DNA of 64,000 bases, taken from an uncultured Acidobacteriota bacterium (GTDB taxonomy: Bacteria > Acidobacteriota > Thermoanaerobaculia > Multivoradales > UBA5704). Position numbers and translations under genes: made by a program. Positions 37,549-46,809 of the stretch are shown piece by piece. Position 1 is the stretch's first letter. The number at the start of each line of letters is the position of its first letter. The stretch is from contig CAVYRF010000001.1 in the NCBI GenBank assembly GCA_963770895.1, positions 1,632,001-1,696,000 of the forward strand, read 5' to 3'. Below the pieces are notes generated by a model. It was not told the origin of the DNA, made no database searches, and saw only the letters and a program-made list of their open reading frames with translations.

Positions 37549-39245
37549 GCCGGAAAGCATTCAGCTACACGATCAAATCCTGGAGTCTGCGGCTGGGTCA
37601 CCTGGCCTTGGCGTGCCTGCTCGGCACGGCCTGTTGGCATGACTCCTCGGCGGAGTCCGCTCCGCGGCCCGTTCGCAACTACATCGTCGGTGTCTCTCCC
37701 TTCATCCCGCAGGCTCAGGCCGCCGCAGTGCGGAAGGCTCTCTTCCTGATGATGCTGGAGAAGATCCCCATCGGCAGCCATGTGACGGTCTTCGACGCCT
37801 ACCATCTGGTCCGGATCACGGATTTTGCCATTCCCGCAAAGGACGCCTTCACGTACCCGAAGATCAGGACCAAGCAGTTCGCGCCAAACCTGCGGGAGAC
37901 GCAGCGGTTCCTGGATACATCGGTGGTCGGCGACGGAGAGGCGGGCGAAGGGATGATCCGGGTCCCCGAGTTCCTCGACCTGGTCGCCAGCTTGGGACTG
38001 CATGATCAGCCGCCGGCAACAGTGGTGCTGCTCGGAGGGGCGCTGTATTTGGACCCGAACGACGCTCGCTTTTCCATGGCGGGAGGCCTGTATCCCACGG
38101 ATGAACACCTCTGCGTGGCGCGCGCAATGTCCGTCTTCGGCACGACCGACCGGAGGGGCCAGCTCAGGGGTGCGCGAGTACATTATGCCTATCTGGGCCA
38201 CCCCTGGGTCAACGCCGTCCACGAAGAACCGGTGCGGCGTTTCTGGAGCCTTTTCATCGAGGAGCAAGGAGGAGAGTTGGTCACCTTCGTCGGCGATCTG
38301 CCGACGGTGGTCGACCGCATGGCCGATCCGGACGCGCATGCGCCCTGGCGCTACCAGCTCAATTGTACGGAGCCACCCAATCCAAGTCGGCCGTTGAGAA
38401 TCGGCATCCGCTGGACCTGCCACGACTGCGACCTGGACCTCTACTCGCGCCCTGGCGCTGCAGCAGCGGAGCTCTGCTTTCGCAATACGCGGACGCCGGA
38501 GGGTGTCTATATCAAGGATTATACGAGCTCGCCGCCGGCCAATGATTTTGAATGGATTGAGTACCGCGTGCGGGTGGACCTCTCCAAGGTGAAGGCAGCG
38601 GTGAACTTCTATGCCGGCCAATCCGCGGGTGGAGTTTCCGGCGAGGTGCGGGTCCAGAGCGGGGAGCGCACGTATGGCGCTCCGTTTCGGATCGCAGCTT
38701 CGGAAGGCAATCAGGGCGGCGAAAGCGACCACCGAGCCAGCAGCCGCTATTGGACGGTGCTCGACATCGGCGCGCTGGTGGGCCGCGGCAGAGGCCGGCC
38801 GGCTCAACCGGGCATCAGCGCCCAACCGCGGCCGGCGCCCGCGCCGGTCGCTGCACCCCCGACAGAGCCGCCTGCCGCCGCACCGCCCAGCGCGGCAAGT
38901 GCTTCTCGCGGCGTGGGCGCGGCGCGCGGAGTCCGCATCCTGTCACCGCAGAACGGTTCCACGATTCACGCGGGTCAGACGCCGAGTCCGGTACCGCACG
39001 CGGTGGAGGGAGACGTCTATGGATTCGGCCAGGGTGAAATTGAGCGATTCCACCTGGAGGTGGAGGTGTCAATTTTAACCAACGACGTGTTTCCGCAAGG
39101 AATTGCCGAGGTGCACGGCAACGGTACCTGGCGGCTGCCGACCGCCTGGTTTGGCGGCTCCCAACATACCGTCCGGGCGGTGCTCAAGGACGGCAACGGC
39201 AACGAGATCAACTCTCAGGAGATCAGTGTCACAGTGGTTCATTAG
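37545..39245 (+). CDS. Putative lipoprotein: alpha/beta domain, YfaP-like beta domain, Pro linker, Ig-like domain
   Basis: Lipobox-like LGTAC; IRW...DLDLY and KDYT..EWI resemble YfaP/DUF2135; RBS GAGG. Confidence 0.7.
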   Translation: MSRKAFSYTIKSWSLRLGHLALACLLGTACWHDSSAESAPRPVRNYIVGVSPFIPQAQAAAVRKALFLMMLEKIPIGSHVTVFDAYHLVRITDFAIPAKDAFTYPKIRTKQFAPNLRETQRFLDTSVVGDGEAGEGMIRVPEFLDLVASLGLHDQPPATVVLLGGALYLDPNDARFSMAGGLYPTDEHLCVARAMSVFGTTDRRGQLRGARVHYAYLGHPWVNAVHEEPVRRFWSLFIEEQGGELVTFVGDLPTVVDRMADPDAHAPWRYQLNCTEPPNPSRPLRIGIRWTCHDCDLDLYSRPGAAAAELCFRNTRTPEGVYIKDYTSSPPANDFEWIEYRVRVDLSKVKAAVNFYAGQSAGGVSGEVRVQSGERTYGAPFRIAASEGNQGGESDHRASSRYWTVLDIGALVGRGRGRPAQPGISAQPRPAPAPVAAPPTEPPAAAPPSAASASRGVGAARGVRILSPQNGSTIHAGQTPSPVPHAVEGDVYGFGQGEIERFHLEVEVSILTNDVFPQGIAEVHGNGTWRLPTAWFGGSQHTVRAVLKDGNGNEINSQEISVTVVH

Positions 39246-39259
39246 CAAAGGAGGATGCA

Positions 39260-39955
39260 ATGCGACAACTCATGGCGTTTGGGATCGGCCTGGTCCTGGT
39301 CGCTTCGTCGGCGGTCTCCAACGCCGGCAATGGCCGCGGCGTCACCGTGGTGTCCGGAACGGTGCGGGACCAGGGAGGCTCGCCCCTCCAAGGCGCGACA
39401 ATTCACGTCAAGGGCGCCAACCTCACCGACGTTCTGACCAATGCGGACGGTTGGTTTCGCCTCGCCATCGCCGACGTTACGGGAGAGATCCCGCTGCGAT
39501 TTGCACGCGCGGGATTTGCCGACAAGATCTTGGCCGTCCAACCGCAAACAGCTGAGATCAAGCTCGATGTCGTGCTGACCAGGAAGAGCTTGGAAGTCAG
39601 CCTGATGGAGTTCGAGCGCGGTCGCAAGATCCGGGGAAGGGTTTCCGGACTTGCTCCCGGAGAAGAAGGTCAGCTCAAAGTGCTGGTCTACGTGTTGACC
39701 AACAAGTGGTACATCCACCCCGAAGCGGTCGCGACTCCAGGGCTCGGCTTCGCCATCATCGACCCCGCTGGGCGATGGGAGATCGGTAGCGTATGGCGTG
39801 GCTATCAGGCCACCAAGCTGGCCATCCTGGTGGTGCCGAAAGAGGCCTGGGCGCCTCCCACCATCGAGCCCGGGGAAGCCCGGCCGGAGGACACTCTGCG
39901 ATCCCGGCTGGTGCCGCTGGCGATCTCGGTCCTCGCAGCTCCCGCCGGAATCTGA
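39260..39955 (+). CDS. Secreted carboxypeptidase-regulatory-like domain protein
   Basis: Signal peptide; VSGTVRDQGGSPLQGATI, TNADGWFRL; RBS AAGGAGG. Confidence 0.8.
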   Translation: MRQLMAFGIGLVLVASSAVSNAGNGRGVTVVSGTVRDQGGSPLQGATIHVKGANLTDVLTNADGWFRLAIADVTGEIPLRFARAGFADKILAVQPQTAEIKLDVVLTRKSLEVSLMEFERGRKIRGRVSGLAPGEEGQLKVLVYVLTNKWYIHPEAVATPGLGFAIIDPAGRWEIGSVWRGYQATKLAILVVPKEAWAPPTIEPGEARPEDTLRSRLVPLAISVLAAPAGI

Positions 39956-40056
39956 GCCCGACACCGGCGCGGCGGCTGAGAGTCGCCGCGGCGCGCGGGC
40001 CGGGCGGCGTGTGCCGCCGGCCCGCGCGTCGTAGAGCGGTGGAGCGGTGGAGCCGG

Positions 40057-41364
40057 CTACGCCGGCGGCGGCACGGCGCCGGCGCGGTGCAGGTAGCGAT
40101 CGCGCAGGCGGAGCTGGCGTGAGTCCTGCGGCATTTCGACGCCGCGGATGAAGACGTGCTGGGCGGCGGTGGTGAGCTCCAGCGGGTCGCCGTCCCAGAC
40201 CACCAGGTCGGCGTCCTTGCCGGGCTCGATCGTGCCGTAGTCGCGCAGTCCCCAGATCGCCGCCGGATTGGCGGTCATCGCGGCCAGGGCGGTATCCCAG
40301 GGGAGGCCGTAGGCGACGGCGTTGCCGGCTTCCTGCCGCAGGTTGCGGGCATTGTCGGAGTCGTTGGTGAACAGAGCGATGGTCACTCCGGCGCGCGCCA
40401 GGCGGGCGGCGTTTTCGAGCGTCGCCCCCAGGGAGTCGAATTCCGGCAGGTTGTCCAGCGGGTTGACCAGCACCGGCACGTGCGCCGCGGCGATCTCGCC
40501 GGCCACCTTCCAGCCTTCGGCGGCGCCGGCCAGGATCAGCTTGAGCTTGAGGTCGCGGGCGAGCCCGAGCAGGGCTTCGATGTCGCTCGCGCGGTTGACG
40601 CCGACCACCAGCGGCTGGCGGCCCCGCGCCACCGGCACCAGCGCATCCAGGTCGGCCTTGGACACCGAGTAGGGACGGCGCTGCGCCTGGTCGTAGGCCT
40701 GGCGGTGCAGGTCGTAATCGGCGGCATCTTCGATGGCGTGGCGCAGCTTGAGCAGGACGGAGACGCGGCTGGGGCCGTCGTCGCCGGGATCGCCGAACAC
40801 GGCGAGCTGGCCGACGGCCGGGATCACCACGGTGCGGTGCGGGCCGGCCAGGTCGATGGCCGCGACCTGGCCCAGGAACAGGTTTTTGGCGTCGCCGGCG
40901 GGACCGCTGATGGCGCGCGTGATGCCTTCGACGCGGTTGACCGGCAACAGCATCGAACCGGCGTTGATCGCCACGCTGACGTCGAACGCCGCCGACAACG
41001 ACGGGTCGTGGTTGGTGGCGTCGTTGGTGCCGGCGCCGAAGCCCACTTCGACCAGGCCCAGGCTGGTGAGCGAATCCATCAGGCCGGGGGTGACGACCTT
41101 GCCGGCGGCGTCGATGCGCCGCGCTCCGGCAGGAATGGCGATGCCGACGCCGACCGCCTGGATGCGGCCGCCGGCGATCAGGACGGTGGCGCCGCGCAGG
41201 GTGCCCGCGGCGCCGGCGGTGTGCACGGTGGCGCCGGTGATCGCCACCGGGTGTTCGCCGGCGGCGCCCGCGCCGCCGGCTTCGTTTTGGGCTGCGGCGC
41301 GGCCCAGGGCAAGGGTGGCGCTGGCGGCGGCGACGGCGAGGATCAACAGGCTGCGGCGTTTCAT
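40057..41364 (-). CDS. Secreted amidohydrolase-family protein (metal ligands degenerate; partner subunit)
   Basis: AITGATVHT, GKVVTPGLMD lacking HxH, GTIEPGKDADLVVWDGDPL; ATGA overlap. Confidence 0.9.
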   Translation of the reverse strand: MKRRSLLILAVAAASATLALGRAAAQNEAGGAGAAGEHPVAITGATVHTAGAAGTLRGATVLIAGGRIQAVGVGIAIPAGARRIDAAGKVVTPGLMDSLTSLGLVEVGFGAGTNDATNHDPSLSAAFDVSVAINAGSMLLPVNRVEGITRAISGPAGDAKNLFLGQVAAIDLAGPHRTVVIPAVGQLAVFGDPGDDGPSRVSVLLKLRHAIEDAADYDLHRQAYDQAQRRPYSVSKADLDALVPVARGRQPLVVGVNRASDIEALLGLARDLKLKLILAGAAEGWKVAGEIAAAHVPVLVNPLDNLPEFDSLGATLENAARLARAGVTIALFTNDSDNARNLRQEAGNAVAYGLPWDTALAAMTANPAAIWGLRDYGTIEPGKDADLVVWDGDPLELTTAAQHVFIRGVEMPQDSRQLRLRDRYLHRAGAVPPPA

Positions 41365-42968
41365 CGGCTGCCTCCGTCGTGCGCACCGGCCGGCGACGCG
41401 GCCGGTCCGATGGGGGAGTGGTCGCGCAGCCCCAGCTCGAAGTCGGTCAGCGGCTGGTGCGCGGCGTCGTTGCGGTCGTACTCCAGGGCGCCGTCGATAT
41501 AAACCTTTTCGGCGCGGCTGTAGACGCTGAACGGGTCGCCGCTCCACATCACCACGTCGGCCATCTTGCCCACCTCCAGCGAGCCGGTCTGTTTGTCGAT
41601 GCCCAGGGAGCGGGCGGGATTGATGGTGAGCCAGCGGATGGCGTCTTCGGCGGTGATCGCCATGCCGGCCCGCCGCCCCGCGGCCATCGCCTTGGCCGCC
41701 TCCTGGTTGAGGCGCTGGGCGCCGGTGGCGGAATCGGAGTGGACGACGGCGCAAGCGCCCGCCTGGTTGACCAGCGCGATGTTTTCGCGGATGCCGTCGA
41801 GCGCTTCCATCTTGAAGCCCCACCAGTCGGCCCACATGTCGGCGCAGATACCGTTCTGTGCCAGCACGTCGGCAATCTTGTAGGCTTCCACCGCGTGATG
41901 GAAGGCGGTGACCTTGTAGCCGAACTCCTTGGCGATATCGATCATTTCCAGCATCTCGTCGGCGCGATAGCAGTGGTTTTGCACCAGGATCGAACCGTCC
42001 AGCACGCCGGCCAGGGTTTCCAGCTGCAGGTCGCGGTCGGGCGGTGCGAGCTTGTCCCCGGTGGGCGACTTGTCCTGGCCCTTTGCGACCTTGTCCCGGT
42101 ACTCCTGCCAGCGCCGGCGATAGTCGGCGGCGCGGATCCAGGCTTCGCGGTAGCCGGCCACGTTGCCCATGCGCGTCGAAGGCGCGCGGCCTTTATCGCC
42201 GTAGACCCGCTTGGGGTTTTCGCCGCAGGCCATCTTGAGGCCGTACGGAGCGCCCGGGAACTTCATCCCGTCGACGCCCTCGGCGCGGACGTTCTTGACG
42301 GTGATGGAGCGGCCGCCGAACAGATTGCCCGAGCCGGGGAGGATCTGCATGGTTGTAACGCCCCCGGCCAACACCAGGGGAAACTGCGGGTCCTGCGGCC
42401 ACACCGAGTGCTCGGCCCATACCTCGGCGGTGTCGGGGTTGGTCAGCTCGTTGCCGTCGGAGTTGGCCGACACCCCCGGTGACGCGTAGACGCCCAGGTG
42501 GGAGTGGGGATCGATGATCCCCGGCGTCACCCAGCGCCCCTTGCCGTCCACCGCCTGAGCGCCGGCGGCGGCGGCGGCGTCGGGCGCACCGGCGCCCAGC
42601 GCGGCGACCTTGCCGTCGCGCAGCAGCACCCAGCCGTTTTCGATGCGCGGACCGGCGGCGGTCAGCACGGTGGCGTTTTCGATCAGCACCGGCGGCGACG
42701 GCCGCCGTCGATAGGTGGACGCGTAGGCCGCGGCGCCCGGTCCCGGCGCCGGGGTGGCGGCAGCGCTGCCGGCGGCGCCGTTGGACGATCCCGCCGTCGC
42801 CGGGGCCGGGGCTTGCGCCGGCATCGGCGGCTGGTTGGTCCTGGCGGCGGCGCCCGGCGCCGCGGCGGTCGAGGCACAGCCGGCCGCCACGCTCGCGATC
42901 GCCAGCGCCAGGGCGAAACCGGCGGCGGACGCGGCGCGCACCGGGCGCAACGATTCCATGCTGCTCAT
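41361..42968 (-). CDS. Lipoprotein amidohydrolase (catalytic)
   Basis: Lipobox VAAGC; TPGIIDPHSH, LKMACGENPK, NHCYR, HHAVE, HSD, GSLEVGKMAD; RBS GGAGG. Confidence 0.92.
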   Translation of the reverse strand: MSSMESLRPVRAASAAGFALALAIASVAAGCASTAAAPGAAARTNQPPMPAQAPAPATAGSSNGAAGSAAATPAPGPGAAAYASTYRRRPSPPVLIENATVLTAAGPRIENGWVLLRDGKVAALGAGAPDAAAAAGAQAVDGKGRWVTPGIIDPHSHLGVYASPGVSANSDGNELTNPDTAEVWAEHSVWPQDPQFPLVLAGGVTTMQILPGSGNLFGGRSITVKNVRAEGVDGMKFPGAPYGLKMACGENPKRVYGDKGRAPSTRMGNVAGYREAWIRAADYRRRWQEYRDKVAKGQDKSPTGDKLAPPDRDLQLETLAGVLDGSILVQNHCYRADEMLEMIDIAKEFGYKVTAFHHAVEAYKIADVLAQNGICADMWADWWGFKMEALDGIRENIALVNQAGACAVVHSDSATGAQRLNQEAAKAMAAGRRAGMAITAEDAIRWLTINPARSLGIDKQTGSLEVGKMADVVMWSGDPFSVYSRAEKVYIDGALEYDRNDAAHQPLTDFELGLRDHSPIGPAASPAGAHDGGSR

Positions 42969-42997
42969 ACCGCAGATACCTCCGAAAATGTTGTTGC

Positions 42998-43768
42998 TCA
43001 TGAAGCGCGGATCGTACCATGCGCCGGCGGCGTCGCGGGCGCCGGCGCCAATGGTGGCGGCGGTTTGACGGCCGCCAGCTGCATCATGCCGGCGGCGGCC
43101 AGCGCCTGGGCGCACAGATCGGCGACCGGCGCCCACCCCAGCCAGCCAGAAGCGGCGGCCGCGGCCCCGCCGGGCAGCGCGCCGAGCGCCTGCGCCAGGA
43201 GCAGCGCCGCTTCGAGCCCGCTTTGCACCAGCAGCCACACCAACCCCGCGCGCAGCAGCCGCCAGCCGCGGGCACTCCCCGCCGGCGGCCGCCGCAGCAG
43301 GGCCAGGACGACCGCGAAACCCACCGCGAACACCGCCGCCTGAAAGCCCCGCAACGCGCCGAGATCGGTGAAGAAAGGCACCAGCGTGCCCGCCAGCACG
43401 GCGGCGGCAGGGATGCCGGGCACCAGCAGGGCGTTGACCCGCCGGCGCTCGCGCTCGCCGCCGTGCCGCAGCTCGTAGCATCCCGCCGCCAGGGCGGCCA
43501 GGAAGTACCAGCCGGCGGCCAGGTAGAGCACCCAGAAGCCGCGCCTGTCCCACAGCAGCAGGCCGGCCTGGGCCAGCAACAGCCCGGCCCAGGCCCGTGC
43601 CCAGTGCCGCGGCGGGACCGGCCCGCGGCGGCGCCCCAGCCAGCTGAAGAGGGCCAGCAGCGCCAGCGCGCCGCCGGCCTGCGCCAGGACCGCGGCCAGG
43701 GCGAAGGGAGCCAGCGGCGAAGGCAACGGCGGCGGCGCTGCGGGCGGCGGCAGGAGCAGAGTGAGCAA
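42998..43768 (-). CDS. Polytopic (about 7 TM) membrane protein without output domain
   Basis: Repeated hydrophobic segments; fills the gap co-directionally with the amidohydrolases. Confidence 0.6.
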   Translation of the reverse strand: MLTLLLPPPAAPPPLPSPLAPFALAAVLAQAGGALALLALFSWLGRRRGPVPPRHWARAWAGLLLAQAGLLLWDRRGFWVLYLAAGWYFLAALAAGCYELRHGGERERRRVNALLVPGIPAAAVLAGTLVPFFTDLGALRGFQAAVFAVGFAVVLALLRRPPAGSARGWRLLRAGLVWLLVQSGLEAALLLAQALGALPGGAAAAASGWLGWAPVADLCAQALAAAGMMQLAAVKPPPPLAPAPATPPAHGTIRAS

Positions 43769-43862
43769 AGCGCAGCCATGCTAGCATTCCGAGCCAGACA
43801 CTGGCGTTGTGCGCCGGCCTGGCGCCTGCTCCCATGGCGACCAATCCTGGAGGCCCCCGGTT

Positions 43863-46385
43863 ATGACCCTGCTTCTCGACGATCAAGGTGCCGCCGAGCC
43901 TGCCGTGGGCGGTGACCAGCCCGCTACGGCCGTGAGCGCCCAGGACGCCGCCTCGCCCGCCCCGGCCTTTGGCCGCGAAAGCGTGCTGGAGGACTACCGG
44001 CTGGCTTGGGAGAGCCGCCAGGCCAGCCTCCTCGGGCGGCGCGAAGTGCTGACCGGCAAGGCCAAGTTCGGCATCTTCGGCGACGGCAAGGAGGTGGCGC
44101 AGGTGGCCCTGGCGAAGGTCTTCCGGCCGGGAGACTTCCGTTCCGGCTACTACCGCGACCAGACCTTGATGATGGCGCTCGGGCAGCTCAGCCTGGAGCA
44201 GTTCTTCGCCCAGCTGTACGCCAACCCTGACGTCGAGCAGGAGCCCTGTTCGGCCGGGCGCTCGATGACCGCGCACTTCGCCACCCGCATGGTGGAAGCG
44301 GACGGCACCTTCCGCGCCCTGTCGCAGCTGCTCAATTCGCCCGCCGACCTGTCGCCGACCGGCAGCCAGATGCCGCGCCTGGTGGGCCTTGCCTACGCCT
44401 CGCGGCTGTTTCGCGAGCTGCCCGAGCTGGCCCACCTGGCCGACCTGTCGGACCGCGGCGGCGAAGTCGCCTTCGGCACCATCGGCAACGCCAGCTGCGC
44501 CGAAGGCGTCTTCTGGGAGGCGATCAATGCCATCGGCGTGCTGCAGGCGCCGGCGGTGCTGTCGATCTGGGACGACGGCTACGGCATCTCGGTGCCCAAC
44601 GAGCTGCAGCTGGTCAAGGACCTTTCCGAGCTGCTCGCCGGCTTCCGGCGGGCGCCTGGAGGCCGCCGCGGCTACGACCTGTATCGCGTCTGCGGCTGGG
44701 ACTACCCGGCGCTGTGCGCCGCCTTCAGCCGGGCTGCCGATACCGCGCGCCGCGAGCACGTGCCGGCGATCGTGCACGTCGTCGAGATGACCCAGCCGCA
44801 GGGCCATTCGACCTCGGGCAGCCACGAGCGCTACAAGTCCAAGCAGCGCCTGGCCTGGGAAGCCGAAGCCGATTGCCTCCGCCGCATGCGGCAGTGGATG
44901 ATCGGCGACGGCCTCGCCACCGCCGCCCAGCTCGACGCGCTCGAAGAGACGGCGACGCGCGAAGTGCGCGACACCCAGCGGCGCGCCTGGGACGCCATCC
45001 GCGCGCCGATGGAAGAGGACAAGGCGGCGCTGCTGGCACTGACCGCCCAGCTGGTGCAGGAAGCCGCGCCGCAGGCACCCCAGATTGCCGCAGAGGTCGA
45101 AGAGATCCGCGCCGAGCTGGGCCGTCAGGCGACCTCGCTGCGCCGCGACCTGGCGGTGGCGGCGCAGGCCGCCCTGGTGGCGGTGGCGGCCGGCTCGCGC
45201 GGCGCCGCGGGCGGCCCGCCGCCGCTGCCGGCGGCGCGGCGCCTCGCCGCCTGGCGGCAGCGTCAGGACCGGCAGCTTACCGAGCTATACGGCTCCGACC
45301 TGTACAGCGAGACGCCGCGGGCGGCGCTACGGGTGCCGGTGGTGCCCGCGGCCTACGGCGCGGACGCGCCGCTGGTGGACGGCCACAAGGTGATGAACGC
45401 CTGCTTCGACGCCGCCCTGGCGCGCGATCCGCGCATCGTCGCCATGGGTGAGGACGTGGGCCAGATCGGCGACGTCAACCAGGGCTTTGCCGGGTTGCAG
45501 GCAAAGTACGGCGTGCTGCGCGTCTCCGACACCGGCATCCGCGAGGCGACGATCATGGGGCAGGCCATCGGCCTGGCGCTGCGCGGCCTGCGGCCGATCG
45601 CGGAGATCCAATACCTGGACTACGTTCTCTACGGCCTGCAAATCCTTTCCGACGACCTGGCGACGCTGCGCTATCGCACCAAGGGGCAGCAGAAGGCGCC
45701 GGTCATCGTGCGCACCCGCGGCCACCGGCTGGAGGGGATCTGGCACGCCGGTTCGCCGATGGCGGGGATCATCAACTTGTTGCGCGGCATCTACATCTGC
45801 GTGCCGCGCAACATGACGCAGGCGGCGGGTTTTTATAATACGCTGCTGTTGGGTGACGACCCCGGCATGGTGATCGAAGTGCTCAACGGCTATCGCTCCA
45901 AGGAGCTGCTGCCGCAAAACATCGGCGACATGACGGTGCCGCTGGGCGTCCCTGAAGTGCTGCGCAGCGGCGGCGACGTCACCGTGGTCACCTACGGCGC
46001 CTGCTGCCGCATCGCGTTGGAAGCAGCGGACCGCCTGGCCCAGGTGGGCATCCAGATCGAAGTCATCGACGTCCAGACGCTGGTGCCCTTCGACGTCCAA
46101 GGATGCATCCTGGATTCGCTGCGCCGCACGCATCGGATTGTGTTCCTGGACGAAGACGTTCCCGGCGGCGCCAGCGCCTTCATGATGCAGCAGGTGCTGG
46201 AAGTGCAGGGCGGCTACGCCTGGCTCGACGCGGAACCGCGCACCCTGGCGGCGACCGATCACCGGCCGGCGTATGGCTCGGACGGCGACTATTGGTCAAA
46301 GCCCAACCGCGAGCAGATCTTCGAAACCGTCTACGAACTGATGCACGAATCCGCTCCAGCCTTGTACCCGCTTTTTTACCGCTGA
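43863..46385 (+). CDS. Fused 2-oxoacid (branched-chain type) dehydrogenase E1 alpha/beta
   Basis: [60 protein letters not shown]. Confidence 0.92.
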   Translation: MTLLLDDQGAAEPAVGGDQPATAVSAQDAASPAPAFGRESVLEDYRLAWESRQASLLGRREVLTGKAKFGIFGDGKEVAQVALAKVFRPGDFRSGYYRDQTLMMALGQLSLEQFFAQLYANPDVEQEPCSAGRSMTAHFATRMVEADGTFRALSQLLNSPADLSPTGSQMPRLVGLAYASRLFRELPELAHLADLSDRGGEVAFGTIGNASCAEGVFWEAINAIGVLQAPAVLSIWDDGYGISVPNELQLVKDLSELLAGFRRAPGGRRGYDLYRVCGWDYPALCAAFSRAADTARREHVPAIVHVVEMTQPQGHSTSGSHERYKSKQRLAWEAEADCLRRMRQWMIGDGLATAAQLDALEETATREVRDTQRRAWDAIRAPMEEDKAALLALTAQLVQEAAPQAPQIAAEVEEIRAELGRQATSLRRDLAVAAQAALVAVAAGSRGAAGGPPPLPAARRLAAWRQRQDRQLTELYGSDLYSETPRAALRVPVVPAAYGADAPLVDGHKVMNACFDAALARDPRIVAMGEDVGQIGDVNQGFAGLQAKYGVLRVSDTGIREATIMGQAIGLALRGLRPIAEIQYLDYVLYGLQILSDDLATLRYRTKGQQKAPVIVRTRGHRLEGIWHAGSPMAGIINLLRGIYICVPRNMTQAAGFYNTLLLGDDPGMVIEVLNGYRSKELLPQNIGDMTVPLGVPEVLRSGGDVTVVTYGACCRIALEAADRLAQVGIQIEVIDVQTLVPFDVQGCILDSLRRTHRIVFLDEDVPGGASAFMMQQVLEVQGGYAWLDAEPRTLAATDHRPAYGSDGDYWSKPNREQIFETVYELMHESAPALYPLFYR

Positions 46386-46453
46386 AGCAGGTCGTACGCG
46401 CGGCCAGGGAAGGGCGGGGGCGGCGCCGTGGCTCCGCCCCCGGCCGGTGGACG

Positions 46454-46693
46454 CTATGCCGCTGCCTTGGCTTCCAGGGCGGCGCGCAGCTGCCGCCTGA
46501 GCTCCGCCAATTCGTCGTCGCCGGCCGTCGCCATGGAGCTGTCGAGGGCACAGTGCGGCGCCGGGCTCCAATCCTCAGCCACCGGGCCGCCGGTGACGCC
46601 GGTGGTCAGCTCACATTCCGGCTTCGGGTTCGGCTGTGGTGGGACCTTTGGTGATGAGAGGTCGAGAACCAGATCTCTTGCTGCAAAGGCCAT
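46454..46693 (-). CDS. 79-aa small protein MAFAARDLVLDL...LAELRRQLRAALEAKAAA
   Basis: RBS AGAGGAGG; own AT-rich upstream region; co-oriented downstream of the kinase. Confidence 0.75.
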   Translation of the reverse strand: MAFAARDLVLDLSSPKVPPQPNPKPECELTTGVTGGPVAEDWSPAPHCALDSSMATAGDDELAELRRQLRAALEAKAAA

Positions 46694-46809
46694 TGGCGCC
46701 TCCTCTATGGGATGGACACCGTTATCATATCGCATTCCGTCGGTCGTCAACAGGCCAAGGCCGCGGCCGATCTACTTATAAACTGATAGATACTGACGAA
46801 TGTCGGAAT

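Noticed and set aside
42969-44825. 1154-aa amidohydrolase fusion
   Set aside because: Upstream part overlaps the E1 dehydrogenase and a membrane ORF; RBS and lipoprotein signal place the start at 42968
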